DNA of 64,000 nucleotides from Pseudomonadota bacterium (GTDB taxonomy: Bacteria; Pseudomonadota; Alphaproteobacteria; Sphingomonadales; SMXR01). The position numbers and the translations under genes were made by a program. Below, piece after piece: positions 30,950 to 39,694 of this stretch. How positions within the stretch are numbered: position 1 is the first letter of the stretch; each line of letters starts with the position of its first letter. Under the pieces are notes generated by a model. It was not told the DNA's origin. It ran no database searches and saw only the letters and a list, made by a program, of their open reading frames with translations. The stretch covers positions 11,199-75,198 of the forward strand of contig JACZSK010000002.1 in the NCBI GenBank assembly GCA_022574255.1. The letters run 5' to 3'.

Positions 30950-31873
30950 ATGGGGTCGGGCGCATTATACGATCAGTTCGCCGTCTTCATTCAGACCCAC
31001 CGCCTGGATATGCTTTTTTTCTCGGAAGTCATCCCGCCCGCACTGATTGTGATCATGTTCGGCATGGGGTTGTCGTTGACCCTCGTTGACCTGAAACGCG
31101 TGATTATCATGCCAAAGGCGGCGGCCATCGGGTTGACCGGGCAACTGGTGTTCCTGCCCATGCTGGCGTTTGCACTGATCGCTATTTTCCAGCCGGCGCC
31201 GGTGGTGGCGGTCGGCGCTGTCATCCTTGCCGCCTGCCCCGGCGGGGTGACATCCAACGCCTATGTTTTCGCGGCGCGGGCCGATCTTGCCCTCTCGGTC
31301 ATGCTGACGACCATTGCCAGCATCGTCACGGTGTTCACGATCCCGCTGCTGACCGTGGTGGCCTTTGAAGTCTTCATGGCCGACGATGCCGCGTTGCAGC
31401 TGGATTTCTGGCAGGCGGTCTGGACGCTGGCCAAACTAACGGTCCTGCCGGTCGCTGCGGGCATGACCTTCAATGCCATCTGGCCTGAAAAAGCGGCTCG
31501 CTCTGTAAATGTTTTTCGTCATATTTCCCTGGCGCTGTTAATCAGCATCGTCGTCGTTGCAGTCCTGGGCAGCCTGCAGGACTTCAGGGAGAATATTGCA
31601 GAGGCGGGAATGCTGGCCGTGGCGCTGAATATTACCGCCATGACAACCGGCTATCTGGCGGCCCGGTTGTTCAGGCTTTCCCGGCTGCAAAGCGTGACCA
31701 TTATATTCGAGATCGGTGTGCAGAATCTGGCGCTGGCGACCCTGGTAACGCTGACGCTTTTGAACCGGCCCGATCTTTTTGTCTTCACCATAGTTTATGG
31801 CATGGTCATGAAGTTCACGGCGATCAGTCTTTTGGCGTTGGCGCCACGCCTGATGGCCGGCGAACAGCGCTAG
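30950..31873 (+). CDS. Bile acid:sodium symporter (BASS) family transporter
   Basis: Polytopic membrane protein of ~300 aa with BASS-like helices (IMFGMGLSLTLVDLKRV...CPGGVTSN). The start is uncertain. Confidence 0.7.
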   Translation: MGSGALYDQFAVFIQTHRLDMLFFSEVIPPALIVIMFGMGLSLTLVDLKRVIIMPKAAAIGLTGQLVFLPMLAFALIAIFQPAPVVAVGAVILAACPGGVTSNAYVFAARADLALSVMLTTIASIVTVFTIPLLTVVAFEVFMADDAALQLDFWQAVWTLAKLTVLPVAAGMTFNAIWPEKAARSVNVFRHISLALLISIVVVAVLGSLQDFRENIAEAGMLAVALNITAMTTGYLAARLFRLSRLQSVTIIFEIGVQNLALATLVTLTLLNRPDLFVFTIVYGMVMKFTAISLLALAPRLMAGEQR

Positions 31874-31879
31874 TGGCCA

Positions 31880-31914
31880 GAAAAAGGACGGCACCGGTTA
31901 TCCCGATGCCGCCC
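31880..31914 (-). terminator. Probable rho-independent terminator after TonB receptor 1
   Basis: On the minus strand: GGGCGGCA-loop-TGCCGTCC (8-bp stem with one mismatch) followed by TTTTTCT, about 55 nt after the stop at 31969. Confidence 0.45.
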
Positions 31915-31968
31915 TTCTCGGCAAAATTCACAGTGCCGGCTCGCTAACAAGACCGGCGCCATATTGGG

Positions 31969-34428
31969 TCAGAAAACGTACCCGATCCTGAACCCCCACT
32001 GGCGTGGTGGCTGATAGGTCGTCAGATCGACACCGAGAGCCAGGAAGGGTATTGAAATCAGGATATCCCCGATCTGGTCTTCGTTGGTGGCGTTGGTCAC
32101 AAAGCCCTCCAGATAAATTTGTTCACTGGCGCTTTCCCAGCGCAGACGGAGGTCCAGATTAGAGTAGGAATCTCCCTGCGCATCCAGCCCGTTATCAACA
32201 TCGAAGAACTGGCTGCCCTGATAATGGAAGTCTGCCCGGAAGGTTACGCTGCCCATCTCTTCAGACAGATCGAACCTTTTTTGCGCGCCAATCGACAAGG
32301 TCAGCTTCGGTGAGCGGCTCAACCTGTTGCCCGCAAAATTGGTTGGCGGCGGTCCCAGAACGCCCGGCCCCGAAGGTGCCCGCGGATTGGTCGGATCAAC
32401 CAGGAAGGGGAACAGCGGAAGCTTTGGCGGCGAGAAGGGAAAATCGTCAAACTGCGCGTCCAGCAATCCCAGTGAGAAATTGATCTCCATCGATTCGCTC
32501 AGCAACACAAGTCCCTCGACTTCAATGCCCTTGATCGTTGCCGAGGCCGCGTTCACGATCTCGGCGCCGGTGGAACCGAAGGTCTGAACCTGGATATCCT
32601 TATAATCGTTGTAAAAGGCAGCGAAGTTTAGCTGGATGCGATCATTGAACTGCGTTTTGACACCGATCTCGAAGACGTCGTTGGTTTCGGGATTATATAC
32701 CGCGGTTGCCGGGTTGCCGTTCAGGTTGATGCCGCCCGACTTGTAGCCCCGTGAATATGACCCGTAGAGCAGCAAATCGTCCTTCGGCCGCCAATCGATT
32801 GAAATCTTGCCCGAGGGCTCGTTCCACTTATCGCCAACTGGCGCATTATCGATGATCGTAGCCTTGTCAAACGACGGGAATGGGCTCAGCAGGCTGATTA
32901 TAGCGTCCTTCTCGTCCCAGCTCCAGCGACCGCCGACAGTGACCTGTAATGCATCAGTCAGGTCGTAGGATGCCTGGGAGAAAACTGCATAGGACGTCGC
33001 CTCAACGCTGCCGCCGACTTTGAAGCCGGCATCCCGGCCCAGCAACGCGCCGAACAGATCGAAATCAGAGTTAAAGATGGTCGAGATACGGGTCGCGTCC
33101 TCGGTAAAGAAATAGGCTCCGACAATCCACTCCAAAGCCCCGCCGCTCGCCGAGGCCAGTTGGAACTCCTGCGAGAACTGATCCTGGGTTTCGTCCAGCT
33201 GGATGTCCATGATCGGTGCGTCCGAACCATCAAGGTCGATGAAGTTGAAGAAAGATGTTTCACCGTAGGACGTGATCGATTTGAACGTGACGTTATCCAG
33301 GTCCCAGGTCAGCGTCGCGTTGATATTCAGGAAATCCTGTTTCACCGATTCCGGTGTGTCCTTGGACACCCGGTTGGGCACCAGATCGTTCAATGAAGCA
33401 TCCGATGGCTTGGGTCCCGCCGGGAATACGGTAAAGCCGAAGAAATTCTCGATATCGGCGATGCTGTTGATACCCTGGGCCGCCAGAATGGCGTTGATAT
33501 CGGGACGATTGAAAAAGGCGTCGCTGAAAATCGTCTGCAGGTAAAAGTTGGGCACGCCGGCAAAATCCCTGAAACCAGGGGGCAGGGGCGGGAAGGAATC
33601 GGTCGCCGTTCGGAAGGGCAGGCGCAGTTCGTGGGTGGATCCGACGCCGTTGACCTCGGCATAGGTTGCTCCAACCGTCAGCTCGATATTTTCAGCCGGG
33701 TTGAAGCGCACGGCGCCACGCAGGGTTATCGTATCCGAATCGTTTGCATTGGTACCACTGGCGATCAAGTTGCGCTGGTAGCCGTCGCTGTCTTCAAATG
33801 ACGCGCTGAACCGGGCTGCAGCTTTCTCGCCCATCGGTACATTCAATGTGCCACGGGCCTGGAAATGCTGGAAGCGGCCGTATCCCGCTTCAAACTTGCC
33901 CTCGTATTCATCGGTAGGCTTCTTGGTGATGAAATTAATCGAGCCGCCGGTCGTATTGCGCCCATACAGGGTACCCTGTGGTCCGCGAAGCACCTCCATG
34001 CGCTCCAGGTCCCAAAAGTTAAAAACGCTGGCAACCGGGCGGCCGATGTAAACGCCGTCCAGGTGAATCGCGACGCCGGGGTCGCCGCCGGCCGTCGTAT
34101 TGGTGTGGCCAATGCCGCGGATTGCCACCGTCGCTGAGCTGGTGAAATTGCCGAATTGCAGGTTCGGGACATAGTTCATCAGATCGTCCACACTCTCGAT
34201 CTGACTTCGCTCCAGCCTGCTGGCATCAAACGCGGTGATGGCGATCGGCACGTCCTGAACGCTTTCAGTCCGCTTCTGGGCGGTTACCAGAATTTCCTCT
34301 ATTTCCTGCGCCGCTACCGCTTTGGCCAAACCGAGTGTGCCGCCGCAGAGCGCCATCCCCAGTATGAGGTGTGACGTTCTTCCAATAAGAGTTGACTTTC
34401 GCTTTGTGCTCACCGTCGTCCTCCCCAA
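31969..34428 (-). CDS. TonB-dependent outer-membrane receptor (TBDR 1)
   Basis: 819 aa with a signal peptide, a plug region (EEILVTAQKRTESVQDVPIAITA) and a C-terminal ...RQWGFRIGYVF beta-barrel terminus. Confidence 0.9.
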   Translation of the reverse strand: MGRTTVSTKRKSTLIGRTSHLILGMALCGGTLGLAKAVAAQEIEEILVTAQKRTESVQDVPIAITAFDASRLERSQIESVDDLMNYVPNLQFGNFTSSATVAIRGIGHTNTTAGGDPGVAIHLDGVYIGRPVASVFNFWDLERMEVLRGPQGTLYGRNTTGGSINFITKKPTDEYEGKFEAGYGRFQHFQARGTLNVPMGEKAAARFSASFEDSDGYQRNLIASGTNANDSDTITLRGAVRFNPAENIELTVGATYAEVNGVGSTHELRLPFRTATDSFPPLPPGFRDFAGVPNFYLQTIFSDAFFNRPDINAILAAQGINSIADIENFFGFTVFPAGPKPSDASLNDLVPNRVSKDTPESVKQDFLNINATLTWDLDNVTFKSITSYGETSFFNFIDLDGSDAPIMDIQLDETQDQFSQEFQLASASGGALEWIVGAYFFTEDATRISTIFNSDFDLFGALLGRDAGFKVGGSVEATSYAVFSQASYDLTDALQVTVGGRWSWDEKDAIISLLSPFPSFDKATIIDNAPVGDKWNEPSGKISIDWRPKDDLLLYGSYSRGYKSGGINLNGNPATAVYNPETNDVFEIGVKTQFNDRIQLNFAAFYNDYKDIQVQTFGSTGAEIVNAASATIKGIEVEGLVLLSESMEINFSLGLLDAQFDDFPFSPPKLPLFPFLVDPTNPRAPSGPGVLGPPPTNFAGNRLSRSPKLTLSIGAQKRFDLSEEMGSVTFRADFHYQGSQFFDVDNGLDAQGDSYSNLDLRLRWESASEQIYLEGFVTNATNEDQIGDILISIPFLALGVDLTTYQPPRQWGFRIGYVF

Positions 34429-34534
34429 GTGCTACGAATCAACTATGATTTTGCCTGGGCGGACGTCGCCTGATTCGCTAACGGCGACTCTTGCTGCTTG
34501 ATCTACCAATCCCCGAACCATGCAGCAGATGGCG

Positions 34535-34566
34535 CTTACCCAAATGTCTTACCCAAATGTAAATGT
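34535..34566. repeat. Tandem direct repeat CTTACCCAAATGT x2 plus a partial AAATGT
   Basis: Read directly; about 110-140 nt upstream of the TBDR 1 start codon. Confidence 0.6.
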
Positions 34567-34659
34567 CACGGGCACTCTATACCCAAGCTGGCCGGACGGA
34601 CCATGGGCGACGCCGATTTCTCATAACATTTTGACGATTAATCCACCGGGAGCCGAAGG

Positions 34660-34680
34660 GGCATTGTCGCGTTAACCTGG
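34660..34680. repeat. Extra solo copy of the IS6-type terminal inverted repeat (GGCATTGTCGCGTTAACCTGG)
   Basis: It lies 11 nt outside the left IR of the IS, in the same orientation, and matches it at about 17 of 20 positions. Confidence 0.55.
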
Positions 34681-34691
34681 CTGGTGCGCGG

Positions 34692-35498
34692 GGCATTGTC
34701 ACATTAACTGGACTGGCCCTTGGGCATCTCAGCAGGCTAACATCCGCGGATGCAAAACATTTCCTTCACGCGCCACCGTTTTCCACCTGAAGTTATTCGC
34801 CATGCCGTCTGGCTCTATGCCCGATTCACGCTGAGTTATAGGGATGTTGAGGACCTGCTCGCAGAGCGCGGCCTGGATATTTCCTGCGAGACCGCCCGGC
34901 GCTGGTTTCTGAAGTTTGGCGGATCGATCGCCTGCAATCTGCGGCGGACGCGCCCGACCCCCAGCGACTATTGGCATCTGGATGAAATGGTTATTGTGAT
35001 CCGGGGAAAGCGATACTGGCTTTGGCGCGCTGTCGATAATGAAGGTGAGGCGCTCGACTTTCTTGTGCAGCGAAAACGCACCGCCAGGGCGGCTTTGAAA
35101 CTGATGCGGAAACTATTGAAGAAACAGGGATGGTCGCCAACCCGGATCGTTACCGACAAGCTCAAATCCTATCACGTCGCTTTCAGGATTCTCGGCCTGA
35201 CTGCGGAACACATCGATAACAAGCGAGCCAATAATCGTGCCGAGAACTCGCACCAGCCGGTGCGACGACGGGAGCGGAAAATGCAGAGGTTCAAATCCTC
35301 AGTACCCGCACAGCGTTTTCTCAACATTCAGTCCGCCACCTACAACACCTTCTACTTCCCGCGCCACATCATCAACCGCCCCACCTTCAAACAATGTCGA
35401 GCCGAAGCATTCGATGTATGGGAAAGCGCCGCCATGGCCGCGTGAAGAATCTCGGCCAACAATGCCTGTGTCCGAAGCCAACTTAACGTGACAATGCC
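34692..35498 (+). mobile_element. IS6-family insertion sequence (~807 bp)
   Basis: IRL is GGCATTGTCACATTAACTGG (34692-34711). The reverse complement of IRR is GGCATTGTCACGTTAAGTTGG (35478-35498). A single transposase ORF lies between them. The flanking 8-mers differ (GTGCGCGG vs GAATGGAG), so there is no target-site duplication. Confidence 0.8.
34750..35445 (+). CDS. IS6-family (IS26-like) DDE transposase
   Basis: 231 aa: FTRHRFPPEVIRHAVWLYARFTLSYRDVEDLLAERG...YWHLDEMVIVIRGKRYWLWRAVD...TDKLKSY...NNRAENSHQPVRRRERKMQRFKS, a typical IS6 transposase. Confidence 0.9.
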   Translation: MQNISFTRHRFPPEVIRHAVWLYARFTLSYRDVEDLLAERGLDISCETARRWFLKFGGSIACNLRRTRPTPSDYWHLDEMVIVIRGKRYWLWRAVDNEGEALDFLVQRKRTARAALKLMRKLLKKQGWSPTRIVTDKLKSYHVAFRILGLTAEHIDNKRANNRAENSHQPVRRRERKMQRFKSSVPAQRFLNIQSATYNTFYFPRHIINRPTFKQCRAEAFDVWESAAMAA

Positions 35499-36018
35499 GA
35501 ATGGAGACAACCGCGGTAAAACGGCTAATTCCGCGAACGGAGACGGTCTTCGCCGGTGTGTATGCGGCTGAGGCCCCGGCACAGCAGGGGTTTGCGGGAA
35601 TTGTGCTGGGAGACTAGAATACGCCAGACTGGCTGGCGGGCGAGAGACTCTGGCATAAATTCCGCGAATCTTCGGCCCCCTTAGCTCTCAAAAATGCGAC
35701 TTTGCCGAATTACCACGTATCTTACCATGGATTTCTTGGGGTGGAATTTCACAGCCACACGCTAATAGAATCTCGGCAAAATTAGTAGGAAGGGGACCTA
35801 GCCGCAATCTTCGATCTGAAAATTGCCAACGTTACAAAATTAGCACTTTGTGTCTTACCGAACGGGTCGGGCTCGATCCCAACTTTATCTGCTTTTCTGC
35901 TGAGGGTTCTCCCAGCGACGGCTTGGCCGGTTTTCTTGGTCCAGAGATCCGGAATATTTTAAAGTATATCGCATCAGCGCATACCAACGGAATCGCTCGG
36001 GACTGAGCGTGCCACAAC

Positions 36019-37869
36019 CTATTCTTTCAGGGTCGGATGCTCCTGTCCGGCACCGAGTTCAGCGTCCAACACCTTTCCGATCAGCAGCACATTTTCCTCA
36101 CCAAACAACGGCCCCCAGACGCTGAAGCCGAATGGAACGCGGTGCAGCGCTGCCCCATCACCCTGCGGTGCCTCGCCAAAGAGAGCGCGGCTCGGGATTT
36201 TGACAAAGCCCGCGCGAAACGACAATTCCGGCTGCCCGGTACAATTTGTCACAAGGCCCATATTGCCGCCGTAGGTGGGCCCGATAAGCGCGTCCACCAG
36301 CGTAAACAGGTCGTGTATAACGCCCATAACCTGCCGCCGGAACCTGTCGATATTGACCAGATCAACAGCGGAGACCAGGCGCGCGGACCGCCAATAGTTG
36401 GGCCAGGAAACATCTTCCTGCCATCTCAATTCATCGTCGCGGCCGGACAGGGTCAATTCCTCGAACGCGGAGGCGGATTCCGCCGCCAGTATCTGGCCCA
36501 GAGAAGCGTAAGGCAGGTCCGGCAAGTCAACTTCAACAAGATCGAGACCTGCGCTTCGCGCCGCCTCCAGCGCCGCCCGATCAACATCGGTCGCCGTATC
36601 TTCAAACCATGCTGGGATATATCCAACACGAAGGTCGCGTGCCGATCGCCCGCCATCATATTCGAACCCGACGTCGAGTGATGACGGGTCGGAGACATCA
36701 AAGCCGTTGATTGCGGCCAGGACGAGCGCCGTATCTTCAACCGATCGGCAGATGGTCCCAATCTTGTCCATTGACCAGGACAGCGGCATGGCACCGGTGC
36801 GTGGAACACGTCCAAAGGTAGGCCTGAGTCCGGTTACACCGCATCGGTTGGCCGGCTCCACGATGGACCCCCATGTTTCTGTACCTATGGAAAACCCAAC
36901 CAAACCGGCAGCGGTCGACGATGCTGAGCCGGCGCTTGATCCGGAGGAACCTTCCTCAATGTTCCAGGGGTTGCGGGTCTGGCCACCGAACCAGATGTCG
37001 CCGTAAGCGAGGGCACCGAGCGTGGTTTTGCCAAGAAGTACCGCTCCCGCATCGCGCAACTTGCTGGTCACTACGCCATCTGTGCTGGCGATCCGATCCT
37101 TGTAGGGAACCGCCCCCCAGGTGGTCCGGATACCGGAGGTATCCATAAGGTCTTTCATGGCGTAGGGAATACCGTGCAGCGGGCCCCGATAGCTTCCGGT
37201 GGCGATTTCAGCATCTGCTTCAGCCGCCTGGGCGCGTGCCAGATCCCCGGTCACGGTGACAAAGCATTCCAGTTTCGGCGCATATCGGGCAATGCGGGCA
37301 AGGTAAAGCTCGGTCAACTCGCGGCTGGATATCTGTCTGGTGCGCACCCAGTGGGCCAGATGCGTCAAAGACGCGAAAGCAATATCCTCTTCAGCGGCAG
37401 GCAGGCTGCTTTTCACGACATCGACTTTAACGGCGTTGGCCTGTGCGCCATAATCCTTGCCCGGCAGACGCGGGTCAAATGCCATCGCGGGCGCTACGGC
37501 CAGAGGTATTCTCAATTTACGTGCGTCGATAACTGCGTCGATCTGGTCATCGATAGAGGTCAGAACCTGTCGGCGCTCAGCGCGCGTATAGGCAAGGCCC
37601 ATGACACGCTCGGCGCCCTGTATATCCGTCGCAGTAATGCCGTGCCCGGTACTTAAGCCAGCGTTTCCACCCGCCTTTTCTGCCGGAGAACTGCCTTCGC
37701 CTTCCGGCTCATTCTCGGGTCCGCATCCCGACAACGCCATGGCTCCCGCTACCGCAATACCCGCCACAGACCCCTGAAGCACCGAGCGTCTGGTCGTTCC
37801 CGGCGACTGGTTGGTCGCAGCAACGTCCTGCCCCGATTCGGCCTGTGTGGCAATTTCCTCGTCTGCCAT
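36019..37869 (-). CDS. Amidase-signature family amidase with Tat signal and lipobox
   Basis: TRRSVLQGSVAGIAVAGAMALSGC is a twin-arginine motif plus an LSGC lipobox. The amidase-signature block is GSSGSSAGSASSTAAGLVGFSIGTETWGSIVEPA. Confidence 0.85.
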   Translation of the reverse strand: MADEEIATQAESGQDVAATNQSPGTTRRSVLQGSVAGIAVAGAMALSGCGPENEPEGEGSSPAEKAGGNAGLSTGHGITATDIQGAERVMGLAYTRAERRQVLTSIDDQIDAVIDARKLRIPLAVAPAMAFDPRLPGKDYGAQANAVKVDVVKSSLPAAEEDIAFASLTHLAHWVRTRQISSRELTELYLARIARYAPKLECFVTVTGDLARAQAAEADAEIATGSYRGPLHGIPYAMKDLMDTSGIRTTWGAVPYKDRIASTDGVVTSKLRDAGAVLLGKTTLGALAYGDIWFGGQTRNPWNIEEGSSGSSAGSASSTAAGLVGFSIGTETWGSIVEPANRCGVTGLRPTFGRVPRTGAMPLSWSMDKIGTICRSVEDTALVLAAINGFDVSDPSSLDVGFEYDGGRSARDLRVGYIPAWFEDTATDVDRAALEAARSAGLDLVEVDLPDLPYASLGQILAAESASAFEELTLSGRDDELRWQEDVSWPNYWRSARLVSAVDLVNIDRFRRQVMGVIHDLFTLVDALIGPTYGGNMGLVTNCTGQPELSFRAGFVKIPSRALFGEAPQGDGAALHRVPFGFSVWGPLFGEENVLLIGKVLDAELGAGQEHPTLKE

Positions 37870-38015
37870 GATTTTCCCCCAAAAATTCGATCCGCATCCC
37901 GGCGACATTGCGCGCCCCTGACCTCCACAGACCGCTTACGATTAGACTGAAAATATCCTATCATATCAGGCTGAAAATCGGCAGGGTTTGGCAGGAACAG
38001 GGACTTCTCCGGCGG

Positions 38016-39644
38016 ATGCAGAAAAAACGGGTATTGGTAGTCGGGGGTGGCTCCGCCGGCTGGATGGCGGCAGCTTATTTGAATGCCGCTCTGAACAGAA
38101 AAGGACAAAAAGCCGTCGATATTTGCCTTGTTGAATCGCCGGATATTCCGCGTATTTCGGTGGGCGAGGCAACGATCCCGAGCATTCGTCACCTGTTGAG
38201 CGTCATGGGCATTGATGAAATCGAATTCATGAAGGCCACGGACGCTTCCTTCAAGCAATCGATAAAATACGTCAACTGGCTGCAAAAAGATGACCACGCC
38301 TATTATCACCCTTTTTCGCGCAACCGGGTTTTCCCCCTCGATCACTCCGGGCCGGACTGGCTGAAAAGCGACAGATCGATCCCCTTCATGGAAACGGCGT
38401 CAGTCCAGCCCGGCATTTGCGAGATGGGGCTGGCCCCCAAGATGCTTGAAAAATGGGACTTTGGACCGCCGCTCTCGTACGCCTATCACATGAATGCTCA
38501 GAAATTTGCCGATTACTTGCGGGACCTTTCAGCCGAGCGCGGCGTCACCCACATTCTGGAGAATGTTGTCGAGGTGGAGATGAAGGAGAATGGGCACATA
38601 GCCGCCGTCAAGACCAGGGACGGCAAACGGTTGGAGGCCGATCTCTTTATCGATTGCACCGGCTTCGCGGCGATCCTGATCGAGAAAAATCTGAAGATCG
38701 GTTTTGAGGATTGTTCGCAGTGGTTGCTGTGCGATCGGGCCGTCACCATGCATGTGCCTTATGAGCATCATTATCCGGGATACGTTCGCCCCTATACCAC
38801 AGCAACCGCACTGAGTGCCGGTTGGGTGTGGGAAATCCCGCTCTCGAGCCTGAAGTCGGTGGGCTATGTCCACTCCAGCCAGTTCATCAGTAAAGACGAA
38901 GCGGAGCGGGAGTTACGCGCCTTTGAGGGGGCGTATACGGATGGCCTGTCTGCGCGGTTCATAGATTTCAGGGTTGGGCGGCGCAAAAAGGCATGGGTGG
39001 CCAATTGCGTGGCAATCGGGCTGTCGGGTGGCTTTATCGAGCCTCTGGAATCAACAGGACTTTACCTGAGCGATCTGGCGGCGGTCATGCTGGCCGAGCA
39101 TTTCCCGTTCGGTGACGACTGGGAGCCGCTGGCCATGCGGTTTAACCGCATCATGTCGAACCGCTTTTACGAAATTCTCGATTTCATCAACATGCATTAC
39201 TGCCTGACGCGCCGAACAGGCACCGAATTCTGGCGGGAAGTCGGACGGCCCGAACGCGTCGTACCGCGCCTGCAGGCGAAGCTGGATTTCTGGAAAATCA
39301 AGCCGCCATCGGGCCAGGATTTTGAGGATCCGTTTTTCCCTGGCCAATCCGGCAAGAACCAGAGGGCAGACAGTCACGGGGGCGATATGCGCGCGGCCAT
39401 AGACACCGCCGGCCTGTGGAACCACGAGAGTTACGAATGCATCCTTTATGGCATGGACTTTATGAGCGATTATTACCGAGAACAATACGGAGAGGACCGC
39501 CCCCCGGCGGTGGTGCCTAAACATGTGTCGGCCCGGCTGCGCGCAGCGCCACACAAGTTGCCGCGACATGATGTCTGGTTGAAAGAAATGGTAGGAATGT
39601 CCGAATATCAGGGGCCGGCCAATCCAGGTTCTGTTTGGGGTTAG
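38016..39644 (+). CDS. Flavin-dependent halogenase homologue (tryptophan-halogenase family), paralogue 1
   Basis: Motifs present: GGGSAGW, SVGEATIPS, ATDASFKQSIKYVNW (conserved Lys), GWVWEIPL (WxWxIP) and GGFIEPLESTG. It carries a 28-aa insertion near the C-terminus relative to paralogues 2 and 3. Confidence 0.85.
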   Translation: MQKKRVLVVGGGSAGWMAAAYLNAALNRKGQKAVDICLVESPDIPRISVGEATIPSIRHLLSVMGIDEIEFMKATDASFKQSIKYVNWLQKDDHAYYHPFSRNRVFPLDHSGPDWLKSDRSIPFMETASVQPGICEMGLAPKMLEKWDFGPPLSYAYHMNAQKFADYLRDLSAERGVTHILENVVEVEMKENGHIAAVKTRDGKRLEADLFIDCTGFAAILIEKNLKIGFEDCSQWLLCDRAVTMHVPYEHHYPGYVRPYTTATALSAGWVWEIPLSSLKSVGYVHSSQFISKDEAERELRAFEGAYTDGLSARFIDFRVGRRKKAWVANCVAIGLSGGFIEPLESTGLYLSDLAAVMLAEHFPFGDDWEPLAMRFNRIMSNRFYEILDFINMHYCLTRRTGTEFWREVGRPERVVPRLQAKLDFWKIKPPSGQDFEDPFFPGQSGKNQRADSHGGDMRAAIDTAGLWNHESYECILYGMDFMSDYYREQYGEDRPPAVVPKHVSARLRAAPHKLPRHDVWLKEMVGMSEYQGPANPGSVWG

Positions 39645-39694
39645 ATGGTACAGGGCTCTTGGTCAGGTTTTTGACTGGTACAGGATTTTAACAA

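Noticed and set aside
35860-35895. tRNA-like T-arm fragment (GGTCGGGCTCGATCCCAAC) in the non-coding stretch after the IS6 element
   Set aside because: The stem does not pair properly. No acceptor or anticodon arms could be built around it. Its orientation is opposite to tRNA-Ser, so it is not an att repeat.
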